From Azolla caroliniana (Eukaryota > Plantae > Polypodiophyta), in the NCBI GenBank assembly GCA_043228905.1, contig JBHGNT010000008.1:15686001-15750000 (forward strand): a DNA stretch of 64,000 nucleotides, in the 5' to 3' direction. Below are positions 27,481 through 40,100 of this stretch, in pieces. Positions within the stretch are counted from its first letter, which is position 1, and each line of letters starts with the position of its first letter. Under the pieces are notes generated by a model, which did not search any database, was not told the DNA's origin, and saw only the letters and a program-made list of their open reading frames with translations. The position numbers and the translations under genes were made by a program.

Positions 27481-27819
27481 CTGCTTTGCTTCTTCTCATT
27501 GTTGTTGGAATGGGGGATGCTTCACTTAGTACTACTATTTTGAAAAGTTGTTTTCTTGTTGTTATTCTCCTTGTTCTTGTTGATTTAGTATTGTTGTCTA
27601 CACATATTTATAGTGTGGTAATTTGTTGCGTGATTTAGGAATGGTATTCTGCTATGTATATTGATGTGTGAAGTACTAGTTTATAGCTATGCAAGGGAGT
27701 TAATATTGTGTTGTGGAAGCTTTTTTCGAAGAAGAGTGACAACTAGAAAATTGACAAAGAAGACATGCACGAAAAAGGCACTAGTCAAAGATGAAGTGAT
27801 GACACCCACAAAGAAATTC

Positions 27820-30800
27820 TAGTTATACAGTTGGTTTAGTACTATAATCCATTCTACATTTAGGTGGGCTAGGATAAGCATAGTACAAATTTAGGAGACC
27901 TTTAGGTGTATAGTTGATATAGTACACTAGTATCCATCCTATATTTAGGTGATCTAGTACTAACATAGTACACATCTAATTCAGCAATTAGTTGTACTAT
28001 TGGTTTAGTACTAGTATCCATTCTATATTTAAATGGGCTAGTACTAGTATAGTACACACTTCAAGAGACCTTTACGTGTAGAGTTGGTGTAGTACTAGAA
28101 TCCATCCTATATATAAGTGAGCTAGTACTTAGTACTAACATAGTACACACTTCATTCTGAAATTAGTTGTACACTTGACTTAGTACTAGAATCCATTCTA
28201 TATTTAGGTGGCCTAGGACAAGCATATTACAAATTTAGGAGACCTTTTGGTGTATTGTTGGTGTAGTACTAGAATCCATCCTATATTTAGATGAGCTAGT
28301 ACTAACATAGTACACACTTCATTCTGCAATTAGTTGTACAATTGGTTTAGTACTAGAATCCATTCTATATTTAGGTTGGTTAGGACAAGCATAATACAAA
28401 TTTAGGAGACCTTTTGGTGTATTGTTGGTGTAGTACTAGATCCATCCTATATTTAGGTGAGCTTGTACTAACTTAGTACACACTTCATTCTGCAATTAGT
28501 TGTACAATTGGTTTAGTACTAGAATCCAATCTATATTTAGGTGGGTTAGGACAAGCATAGTACAAATTTAGGAAACCTTTTTGTGTATTGTTGGTGTAGT
28601 ACTAAAATCCATACTATATTTAGATGAGCTAGTACTAACATAGTACACACTTCATTCCGAAATTAGTTGTTCAATTAGTTTAGTACTAGAATCCATCCTA
28701 TATTTAGGTTGGTTAGGACAAGCATAGTACAAATTTAGGAGACCTTGGTGTAGTACTAGAATCCATCCTATATTTAGATGAGCTATTACTAACTTAGTAC
28801 ACACTTCATTCTGCGATTAGTTGTACAATTGGTTTAGTACTAGAATCCAATCTATATTTAGGTGGGATAGGACAAGCATAGTACAAATTTAGGAGACCTT
28901 TTGGTGTATTGTTGGTGTAGTACTAGAATCCATCCTATATTTAGGTGAGCTATTACTAACTTAGTACACACTTCATTCTGAAATTAGTTGTACACTTGGT
29001 TTAGTACTAGAATCCATTCTATATTTAGGTGGGTTAGGACAAGCATAGTACAAATTGAGGAGACCTTTTGGTGTATTGTTGGTGTAGTACTAGAATCCAT
29101 CCTATATTTAGGTGAGGTAGTACTAACATAGTACACACTTCATTCTGAAATTAGTTCTACACTTGGATTAGTACTAGAATCCATCTATACTTAGGTGGGT
29201 TAGGACAAGCATAGTACAAATTTAGGAGACCTTTTGGTGTATTGTTGGTGTAGTACTAGAATCCATCCTATATTTAGTTGAGCTATTACTAACTTAGTAC
29301 ACACTTCATTCTGCGATTAGTTGTACAATTGGTTTAGTACTAGAATCCAGTCTATATTTAGCTGGGTTAGGACAAGCATATTATAAATTTAGGAGACGTT
29401 TTGGTGTATTATTGGTGTAGTACTAGAATCCATCCTATATTTAGGTGAGCTAGTACTAACATAGTACACACTTCATTCTGCAATTAGTTGTACAATTGGT
29501 TTAGTACTAGAATCCATTCTATATTTAGGTGGGTTAGGACAAGCATAGTACAAATTTAGGAGAACTTTTGGTGTATTGTTGGTGTAGTACAAGAATCCAT
29601 CCTATATTTAGGTGAGCTAGTACTAACATAATACACACTTCATTCTACAATTAGTTGAACAATTAGTTTAGTGCTAGAATCCATTCTATATTTAGGTGGG
29701 TTAGGACAAGCATATTGCAAATTTAGGAGACCTTTTGGTGTATTGTTGGTGTAGTACTAGAATCCATCCTATATTTAGATGAGCTATTACTAACTTAGGA
29801 CACACTTCATTCTGCGATTAGTTGTACAATTGGTTTAGTACTAGAATCCATTCTATATTTAGGTGGGTTAGGACAAGCATAGTACAAATTTAGGAGACCT
29901 TTTGGTGTATTGTTGGTGTAGTACAAGAATCCATCCTATATTTAGGTGAGCTCGTACTAACATAGTACACATTTCATTCTACAATTAGTTGTACAATTGG
30001 TTTAGTACTAGAATCCATTCAATATTTAGGTGGGTTAGGACAAGCATAGTACAAATTTAGGAAACCTTTTGGTGTATTGTTGGTGTAGTACTAGAATCCA
30101 TCCTATATTTAGGTGAGCTAGTACTAACATAGTACACACTTCATTCTGCAATTAGTTGTACAATTGGTTTACTACTAGAATCCATTCTATATTTAGGTGG
30201 GTTAGGACAAGCATAGTACAAATTTAGGAGACCTTTTGGTGTATTGTTGGTGTAGTACTAGAATCCATTCTATATTTAGATGAGCTATTACTAACATAGT
30301 ACACACTTCATTCTGAAATTAGTTGTTCAATTGGTTTAGTACTAGAATCCATTCTATATTTAGGTGGGTTAGGACAAGCAAAGTACAAATTTAGGAGACC
30401 TTTTGGTGTATTGTTGGTGTAGTACTAGAATCCATCCTATATTTAGTTGAGCTATTACTAACTTAGTACACACTTCATTCTGCGATTAGTTGTACAATTG
30501 GTTTAGTACTAGAATCCATTCTATATTTAGGTGGGTTAGGACAAGCATAGTACAAATTTTGGAGACCTTTTGGTGTATTGTTGGTGTAGTACTAGAATCC
30601 ATCCTAAATTGTACAACTAATTGCAGAATGAAGTGTGTACTAACTTAGTACTAGCTCACCTAAATATAGGATGGATTCTAGTACTACACCAAGAATACAC
30701 CAAAAGGTCTCCTAAATTTGTACTATGCTTGTCCTAACCCACCTAAATATAGAATGGATTCTAGTACTAAACCAATTGTACAACTAATTGCAGAATGAAG

Positions 30801-32171
30801 TGTGTACTAAGTTAGTACTAGCTTACCTAAATATAGGATGGATTCTAGTACTACACCAACAATACACCAAAAGGTCTCCTAAATTTGTACTATGCCTTTC
30901 CTATCCCACCGAAATATAGAATGGATTCTAGTACTAAACCAATTGTAAAACTAATTTCAAAATGAAGTGTGTACTATGTTAGTACTAGCTCACCTAAATA
31001 TAGGATGGATTCTAGTACTACACCAACAATACACCAAAAGGTCTCCTAAATTTATACTATGCTTGTCCTAACCCACCTATATATAGAATGGATTCTAGTA
31101 CTAAACCAATTGTACAACTAATTGCAGAATGAAGTGTGTACTATATTAGTACTAGCTCACCATGTGAGCTAGTACTAATATAGTACACACTTCATTCTGC
31201 AATTAGTTGTAACCTTGGTTTAGTACTAGAATCCATTCTATATTTAGGAGGGTTAGGACAAGCATATTACAAATTTAGGAGACCTTTTGGTGTATTGTTG
31301 GTGTAGTACTAGAATCCATCCTATATTTAGGTGAGCTAGTACTAACATAGTACACACTTCATTCTACAATTAGTTGTACAATTGGTTTAGTACTAGAATC
31401 CATTCTATATTTTGGTGGGTTAGGACAAGCATAGTACAAATTTAGGAAACCTTTTGGTGTATTGTTGGTGTAGTACTAGAATCCATCCTATATTTAGGTG
31501 AGCTAGTACTAACATAATACACACTTCATTCTGAAATTAGTTGTTCAATTGGTTTAGTACTAGAATCCATTCTATATTTAGGTGGGTTAGGACAAGCACA
31601 GTACAAATTTAGGAGACCTTTTGGTGTATTGTTGGTGTAGTACTAGAATCCATCCTATATTTAGTTGAGCTATTACTAACTTAATACACAATTCATTCTC
31701 CGATTAGTTGTACAATTGGTTTAGTACTGGAATCCATTCTATATTTAGGTGGGTTAGGACAAGCATATTATAAATTTATGAGACCTTTTGGTGTATTGTT
31801 GGTGTAGTACTAGAATCCATCCTATATTTAGGTGAGCTAGTACTAACATAGTACACACTTCATTCTGCAATTAGTTGTACAATTGGTTTAGTACTAAAAT
31901 CCATTCTATATTTAGGTGGGTTAGGACAACCATAATACAAATTTAGGAGACCTTTTGCTGTATTGTTGGTGTAGTACTAGATCCATCCTATATTTAGATG
32001 AGCTAGTACTAACATAGTACACACTTCATTCTGAAATTAGTTATACAATTGGTTGAGCACTAGAATCCAATCTATATTTAGGTGGGTTAGGACAAGCATA
32101 TTGCAAATTTAGGAGACCTTTTGGTGTATTGTTGGTGTAGTACTAGAATCCATCCTATATTTAGGTGAGCT
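27820..32171. repeat. Satellite array, 167-bp monomer (83+84-bp related halves), ~26 units, with an inverted block at ~30607-31160
   Basis: Period measured between equivalent positions 28141/28308 and 29461/29628 = 167 bp. Both halves start TAGTACTAGAATCCAT(T/C)CTATATTTAGGTG. Units are more diverged at the left end. Confidence 0.95.
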
Positions 32172-32916
32172 GCTGACGAAGATCCACACGGCCGAGAACG
32201 GGTCAGATATGCTGACCAAAGTACTGATACCCAACATACTGGAAGCATGCCGGAAGCAGATCGGACTAGTAAGACATCCCATGCCAGAGTGAAGGGGGAG
32301 TTTGTTAGGAAACAGGTCCCTCCGGATGGGAAGACCCCGTGAGAACCGGATGAGGAGTATCCGGAAACGGAAGACCCGGTGAGAACCGGATGATGAGTGC
32401 CCGGCAAGCGCCAGATGATGTAGGCCTGGTGAGGAGTGCTCACCGGATGAAGGGACATATTCGTAAATATGTTTCTGAGAGTCCATCGGGGCTATATTTC
32501 TAAATAGCCGAAAAGTCATATTAGTATAAATATGACTTAGGGCAAAGTTAGTGTATATGTTGTTGTCATTCTTGTTGGCGAAAAAGATTAGAGCGCAACA
32601 GTGTACAGAGAGAGAGAGAGAGAAAAAGAAAGAAACGAAGAGGTCGTTGCCTCTATTGTAACCGCTGCCTGTGGCGAAGATCGTGAGCACGAGGTCGTTA
32701 CCTCCATGAGCTCACTGTTGTAATCATTGTGATATACTAATAGTTTGCAGTTTGTGAGCTGCCATGGTTTTTCCCATATTTGGGTTTTCCATGTAAACAT
32801 CCTGGGTACTCTTCTCTCCATTGTGTCGTGCATTCATTCCCCGTTTTTCTGTGTTTTATGATTCTAAGCTCGGTTGTGGCCGAGCGTTGTTCACCGAGAG
32901 CGTGTAGTTCTTGTCA
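32172..32916 (+). mobile_element. 5'-truncated Ty1/copia: RNase H tail, PPT and 3' LTR (32303-32916)
   Basis: KIHTAENGSDMLTKVL...RHPMPE* matches the end of the 47123-51244 polyprotein; PPT GAAGGGGGAG; LTR TGTTAGG...TTGTCA. Confidence 0.9.
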
Positions 32917-33440
32917 CTAATTAGCTACTAGGATAGCTAATTAGCTACAATGATAGCTAATTAGCTACTTTCTCAACTATGTAGTAGCTAGGATAGTTTA
33001 TTAGCTACTAGGATAGCTAATTAGCTGTCAGTAGCTAATTAGCTACTAGGATAGCTTATTAGCTACTTTACACAACTATGGCAGTAGCTAATTAGCTACT
33101 AGGATAGCTAATTAGTTGCCAGTAGCTAATTAGCTAGTAGGATAGCTAATTAGCTTTTTTACACAACTATGGTACTAGCTAATTAGCTAGTACCATAGCT
33201 AATTAGCTACTAGGATAGCTAATTAGCTATGAGTAGCTAATTAGCTAGTAGCTAACTAGCTGCCACTTAGCTAATTAACTACTGTAGTAAACTATGGCAG
33301 TAGCTAATTAGCTAATAGGATAGCTATTAGCTGCTTTAATCAACTATGGTAGTAGCTAATTAGCTACAACAATAGCAGCAAAATAGTTTCCATACTTTTT
33401 ACGGCTTAGCTAATTAGAAAAGACTAAGCTTATTAGTTAC
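32917..33440. repeat. Array of the 14-bp palindrome TAGCTAATTAGCTA (~20-bp units); further copies at 34741-34795
   Basis: Directly visible, e.g. CTAATTAGCTACTAGGATAG repeated. Confidence 0.9.
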
Positions 33441-33465
33441 AGTATGGTATACCTATTAGTTTTCT

Positions 33466-34573
33466 TCACTCATTTGGTAGAGTTGTACTGCAATCTCCCA
33501 AACAGAATGCAGCAATTCGACAGGCATGTTGAAAACAAAGCAAATGGTATGTGTGGTTGCATGGTTGTAGGTGAACCAACAAAGACGCAGTTTTGTCCTC
33601 CACACCTAACCTACAAGCGATGCAACGTGCTTGAACTGTCAATAAATCATTTTCGGGTTCTCCTTCATTTGGTAAGGGAGCAAGAATGTTCAGGTCCAAA
33701 TCTTGTCTGGTCCTTACCATTCCCTCCACAAAATGTAGATGCTTCTTAAGGCAGCTAACTACCTGTTCTTGATGAATGTATTGTTCCTTCAACGTAACAG
33801 AGAAATTTACCAATTAATTATTCCTGTCTGAGAAAGATACACCAACTTTGCTCAGGAATCGTTAACTTACTTGAAGCTTTTCCAAATTGTAATCTACAAC
33901 AGTATTTACACCTAGAAGGTCCAAGTTCATTGAAAGAACCTGGATCTCTATCTGCAATTATATTTTACGTTGGGGATCCAGTGGCCCCTCTAATTCAAGC
34001 TCCTGTTGCGCAACCTATTCTAGATAATGCTTGATTAGCACATTTTACCCTTAAAGTTATTTATAACACAATCACATACCAGCAAAACAATAGTTACCTG
34101 AATCTTATTTCTAATCGTTGTAACAGCGGAAATAACTTTGCTCTCCATTGCAGAAGCCATTGTGGCTTTCTCTAAATCAGTCTTAAAAAATGCCAATGTC
34201 TCACAAGCTTCATGGACATTTTTTAGCATATAGCTAACCAATGTCTCACCTGTATCATCGGCATTGGCTTTCCTTGGGTGTCAGTGTGGTGTATGCCCCC
34301 GATTTGCGAGACACACCTGCTGCTACTCCCCGATTTGCGAGACATCCTTGTATGGGACTCCAAGGACTTTGCCCTATTCGATTTTGGGGAAATATGAATC
34401 GGCACCAAAGTTCAGACAATAGTCAAAAAGAAAAAACGAATGTTTGGGGTTTATGTAACTGAAACATACCTGGACGATGATCGAGCGGGTTTTGTGTTGT
34501 AGCTCTCAATTTGCAATGTCGATTTTCTGCTGTTGCAGGAGCTACGTCTGCGTTCGTGCTCTGAGTACTCCAT
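33466..34573 (-). pseudogene. Spliced gene with C-terminal RING-H2-like zinc finger, disrupted
   Basis: Putative exons 34573-34470, 34373-34098, 34014-33871, 33786-33466 (GT-AG). Last exon has CIAC-x17-C-N-H-TY-H-LL-C...FCLGDC. In-frame TAA at 33960-33958 and a frameshift in exon 2. Confidence 0.6.
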
Positions 34574-34986
34574 TTGCATTCAAAATCAAACTTAGGCTAA
34601 ACAGGAAATTGATGACATTGAAGTTGACCTTAGATGATGGTGTTATTCCCCAAGTTCCACTACATCTGAAACAGAAGTTCAAATATTTGAGTTTTTTCAT
34701 AAATTAGTTTTTCAAATATTTGATTTTCCCACAAAAAAGACTAGCTAAACAAATAGCTAATTAGCTATGGCCATTTTAGTAGCTAATTAGCTATAATAGT
34801 GTTTACACTCGCATGCTTTTACCCTTCTAGCATTGTGGGGGGGTGTTGCCAATTATGATATCTTGTGGGGTGGATTCTTTGCCAGATATCATCGGTGACA
34901 ATATCATGCCTAGTGGACGCTCTATATGTGTTCACATGTCTTCCAGGAGGCCTTGAGCCTATATATGGGCACCGTACAGGGGGCAT

Positions 34987-35721
34987 TGGTGGCCATGGCT
35001 TCAAAACACAAATAGAGATTCAAGAGGTTAAATCCTCGATAATAGACAAGTTAATTAGAAAGCACAATCATTAAACATAAGCCAAGTGATTAATAAATAG
35101 AACGAGTTTACGTAGAACCCTTACTAATATTGTGATTTACAAGAATCGAAACAAAGATTACAATTAGGTGTGGTTAGAATTGTTGTTCTGACGACAACCG
35201 ACACACACAATAGGTCGAATGTCTTACTACCAAGAACATTCTATCAAGATGATTGTGGTTGGAGAGATGGTATGTGTCGACACTAGCTCAGAATTTTATA
35301 TGAAACTATGATCACTCAGAATATAATTAATTAGAACTAGAACCTCCGATTCGGATCAACTATTAGTATAACATAATTTGTGTAGCAGAGAATAGGTTCG
35401 AATATTCGACATAGTAAATATAGAAGAATGAAATAGACAGAACAGTTGACACAACAATTACTCTAACTATCAAAACTATATTAACCAAAACAAAACGATA
35501 ATAATACAGTGTTCTCCGTCCCTTTTTATAGGCGATTTGAGAGTCTTTTCCAAGATTATACACTTGCCTATTCGTCAAGAACCTACAATTATGCAAAACT
35601 GTCCTAATTACTATATTTTTTATACTCGGCAAAATTACATTTTAAAATATGTCTTTGCATACTGTCCGACTCCGACTTCGACTTGTCGACCTTTATCCTT
35701 CGGGTAGTTGACCGGCTAACA
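34987..35721 (+). mobile_element. Putative Ty3/gypsy (Tat-like) LTR with PPT on the left and PBS-like site on the right
   Basis: PPT-like AGGGGGCA (34978-34985); TGGTGGCC...GGCTAACA ends (imperfect inverted repeat); internal CCTTTTTATAGG; TGGCACACCGTGGGACC (35724-35740) resembles a tRNA-type PBS. Confidence 0.5.
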
Positions 35722-35739
35722 CATGGCACACCGTGGGAC

Positions 35740-37142
35740 CCCTTCCTCATTGTTGACTATCTGTTCGTCGCCAATCGGGTCCTCTTCATCTATTTCACTC
35801 ACGTCCTCATTCATTATGTCGAACAGATTGGGCTCCTCCTTTTCTTTTGTGTCGGTCAATTTTGTGGGTTGTCTGTGTTAAGCTCCTCCTCCATCCGCAA
35901 CATCAATTCCACCTCAACCTCCTGCTCAGTTTCGTCCTCCTGATGGATGTTTCTTACAAGTATTTTTTGGCCCGATTCTTCCTAAATCAGTTCGTCCTCA
36001 CTGTTTGCCTCCAATTCTCCTGTCTGCTAACGATGTTCTTTCTCATAGGTATCGAGCTCCACTACAGTTGCCATCTGTTGGTCCTCATATTCCTCCATCA
36101 GCTTGGTGATCTCTTCCTTGTGGCGCGTTGAAAGCTCATATATGTCATAGGCCAGCACTTCTTGGATTGTGGCAATAGTTGCTTCATCCATTTTGAAGAA
36201 GCCCTAACCCTACTTCTCCCTGTTCTCGTGGTCGGCACTTAATAACTATAATTCGGTAGCTTGAGCCGACCATGTCTTCCAACCGTTATCCAAGGATTCG
36301 GCGACCATTTGTCGCGTATTGGCCTTGTGCCTAGATAAGATAAGGCACACTTTTTCCCCTCCCATGCTGAGTCTGTACTGCATATTGGCCAGTTCCTTCC
36401 ACATTTCGGATACTCAAACTTCTACCGAGCCTTGGTCGAACTGCAGTTTCGCTTCTGCCACCAATAATGCAAGCCTCTTTTGCTCATACTTCTCAGCTAG
36501 CTAATCGTATTTCGTCGTCAATGCCTCTTGCTCCATTTCGAGCTTGGCCGTGTGCGCCGGATAATGCTCCTCTTGCATTTTAATATATAACTCGAGCTTT
36601 TCTATCTTCTCTTATTCATCCTTCGTCTCCATCATCTGTTGTTGTAGTTGTTGATTAAGGTTAGTTATTCCGTCCTTCTTGGCTTGAAACAATGCTTCAA
36701 ATTGTCTTTGGTCTGTCTGAAGGCGGCCTTTCATTCGTTGTACTTTTGCTTCAGCTCCTTCTGCCCTGTTGTTGGCGCTTTTGGCTAACTTCTCCATCGC
36801 TTGTACTTGATCCCATAATTGTCGATCTGGTACATGCGAGATCCCAGCATAGTTGCACGTTTGGAGATGTTCGTCCGCTTCCTTTAGCTTTGTTTTGGCT
36901 TGTTGAAGTCGTGTTAACGTTGTTCTTCTTGCCGATTGTTGTGGTAGTGCCTGTGATGACTGCCCCTTCTCTTTTCTTGGGGTCTTACATCCTGTGTCGG
37001 CTACTGGTGCGAGACACAATATCCCTAGCCACCATGCGAAAATCGACTTCATGGGTTTTCCCATCGAAGCCCCATGGAGTTGTTCTCGGAGCGTGATCCC
37101 AATAATCCACCCCAAGTCGAATTTTTCCCCCTCATATGTTGT
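35740..37142 (-). pseudogene. Degenerate coiled-coil accessory ORF of an LTR retrotransposon, antisense to the adjacent LTR
   Basis: GEKFDLGWIIGITLREQL followed by a long Q/E/K-rich heptad-like stretch (36612-37140) that continues past in-frame stops; no RT/IN motifs. Confidence 0.45.
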
Positions 37143-40100
37143 AGGAGTTGCCGAAAGGGAAGAAAACACTCCGAAACAAGTGTGTGTACAAGCTGAAACC
37201 GGGGGATGCCGGAAATCCACCAAGGTATAAGGCCCAAATCGTGGTGAAGGGCTTCCAGCAGAAGAAAGGAGTGGATTTCGACGAGATCTTTGCCCCGGTA
37301 GTAAAGATGACATCCATCCGGACGATATTGGGCATAGCGGCAAGCATGGACCTCAAGGTAGAGCAATTGGACGTCAAGACAGCATTCTTACATGGAGACC
37401 TTGAAGTAGAGATCTACATGCATGAACCGAAAGGATTTGAGAAGAAAGGTGTAAAGAATTTAACTCTAGTAGAGTTTAGTATTCAGAAGCGTAGTGTGTG
37501 TGTGAGAGAGAGAGTGTGTGAATGTGTAAGCAAGAGAAGGAATTATAGAGAATAACCAGAAAAATAAGAAAACACAAAGTAGGGGGATGATAGCTTATGC
37601 ACTTAAGAGAGCTATATTAATTATCTAAAGCTCATCAACTAAACTAAATGGCCAAAGGGGGTTTTATATACAAGTCCTCAAGGGACTGCCCTATTAAATG
37701 TGTTGGTGGAATCTAACCAAGATATCCACTTAAGTACGATTTTGTCATAAGAATATCTAATATTCTTTGACCACACTAACACTCGACAACTACACGGATT
37801 ACAATAAAGTGTGCTCTCACACACTCAACAACTACACGGATTACAATAAAGTGTGCTCACACACTTTTTCACACATCGTCCTTTTCTTCATAAGCACATG
37901 TTCACACAAGTTGAGCTTGATTCTCAACACGCCCCCTCAAGGTCAATTATGTGTCCTCTTAAGCTTGGTTGTCTTGGTGTAGTTGAAGACCCAACTGCAA
38001 TTGGTCGGACTACTAGACCGTGGTTTTCCCATTGTTCCTATGTACTCGATCTTGATCTAGCAATGTCGATCTTGTCAATCCAACATTTCGAGCTTCAAAA
38101 ATTCCGAGCTTTGGAAAGTCTTCCTCTAACTTGCCGGGTCAAGTTGGATTAGATGTGCCGGCCTTACTTTGTTGATGCCGGTCTCACTATTCCTCTTGTA
38201 TCGTGTTGATTCTCCATGTTTTCCTTCGTCTTTGTACTTTTACTCTCCCCCAAGCTCAGCATATCGAGTGGTCTAAGGCCTAGATCCACTGAGAATTGTT
38301 GTAGCTTGTCAAGACCTAGCGCCTTAGTGAAAATATCAACCACTTGCATGTTGGTGCCAACATATTGGAGGTCAATGTCACGGGCCAATATGCGCTCACG
38401 AATGTAATGATAGTGCACCTCGATGTGCTTAGTCCGGGCGTGAAACACCGGATTCTTTGCAAGCTGGATGTTGCTGAGATTATCATAGTGGATCAGTATT
38501 GACTTGTTCACCAATTCGTTGAAGTTTTTCAGCGGTCTTTTAAGCCATACAGCTTCGCAAGAAGCTATAGTTGCAACCCTATACTCTGCCTCAATGCTTG
38601 ATAGAGCGACTGTTGGTTGTTTCTTGTTGCTCCAAGAGATTGCTCCACTACCAAGTGAAAACATAAATCCCGAAGTGGATAGCCTATCAGATGCATTGCC
38701 CGCCCAATCAGCATTCGTGAAGCCTTCGAGTCGAAGTGGTGCTCCATGTTTATAGAAAATACCATAATCAAGTGTTCCACTAATATAACGTAACACTCGC
38801 TTAGCACAATCCATGTGAGTGTCGCAGGGGGTTTCCATGAACTGGCTAAGAACCCCGACCGGATAGTTGAGGTCTGGTCGGGTGATAGTTAAGTAGATAA
38901 GACTCCCAATTATTTGGCGATACTATGTCGGCTCACAGAATTTTCCAAAATCTACTGTTAGCTTCATATTTCGATCAAGGGGTGTCGAGATGGACTTACA
39001 CTCGGACATTCCGAACTTGTAGAGCAAGTTCAACACATAGTGTCGTTGTGAGAGTAGGAACCCATCTAGAGTTTGAATGACCTCGATGCCGAGAAAATAA
39101 TGTAAGTCATTCAGATCCTTCATCTCGAACTTCTGCAAAAGCAGATTTTTAATCTTTTGTGTCTCGGTGAGGCTTTCTCCACCGATGACAAGGTCATCGA
39201 CATACAAGATTAAGAAGATGGGGCTTTTGGTATTGTTCTAAACTTCCTCCTCGAGCTCACCTTGGAGGAATGTGTTCTTCACATCCATTTGATGCAAGTG
39301 CCATCCTTTCGCTGTTGCGAGAGCAATTACTGTCCTCACAATGGTCATTTTTGCCACCGGGGCAAATGTCTCCTCATAGTCTATGCCATGGGTTTGAGCA
39401 TACCCTTTGGTGACTAGCCAAGCCTTGAACCAATTGATTGTGCCATCCGTATCATGCTTTATCTTGAACACCCAGTGGCAACCAATTGGCTTTTTCTTGA
39501 TTTAGAGGATGGGACTAAATCCCAAGTATCGTTGTCAAACAACGTGCGCATCTCTTCCCTCATTGCCTCGATCCACCAGGGATCTTGGGCAGCTTCTTTT
39601 TAAGTCTCGGGTTCTTGGTCTGCTACGACCTTCATCATGAATGCATAGTGGTGGGCCATGTACTCATTATACCTAAACCTAACTATCAGGCTCTTTTGTC
39701 AGTTCGATTGACGGAGTTTTCCTTTGGTCATTTCCAGGGCCTTCTTCATTTCATACTTGTTGTGGACTGATCGGGGTGAATCATCTGAGTCTTCACTGGA
39801 TGCCATGTCCTTGGCCTCTTGCTCAGGCATCTTGCCCTTTTTTTTCTTTCTACGGGTGTAGCACCAAGGTGACAGCACATCAGAGGTTTCTTCATGCTAT
39901 GCAAGACTCTGATTGCTGGATGACACCTCAAGTCCAGTCAGCTGGAGTGTGGGCAGACTCTCTATTGGTTCTCCACCCATAATGGTCGTTAGCATCTCTT
40001 CTTCTTCACTCTGAGAATCTGCTCCAGATCTACTTATTTCGAGCACGGTGGGGGTCACTGATGTTGGGCCATACCATGATGTCACCTCATCAAATACCAC

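Noticed and set aside
27820-32171. CRISPR-like array
   Set aside because: The sequence between recurring motifs is itself repeated, so there are no unique spacers; no cas genes; eukaryotic context. It is a satellite.
32915-32919. CACTA as the left terminus of a small CACTA element ending at 34801
   Set aside because: The CA is the expected end of the copia LTR (aligns with GAGTTCTCAACA of the intact element), and the flanking triplets TGT and TTT do not form a TSD.
36612-37343. 243-aa ORF as a single gene
   Set aside because: Chimeric: the first ~65 aa are antisense copia RT, and only the part below 37142 belongs to the coiled-coil ORF.
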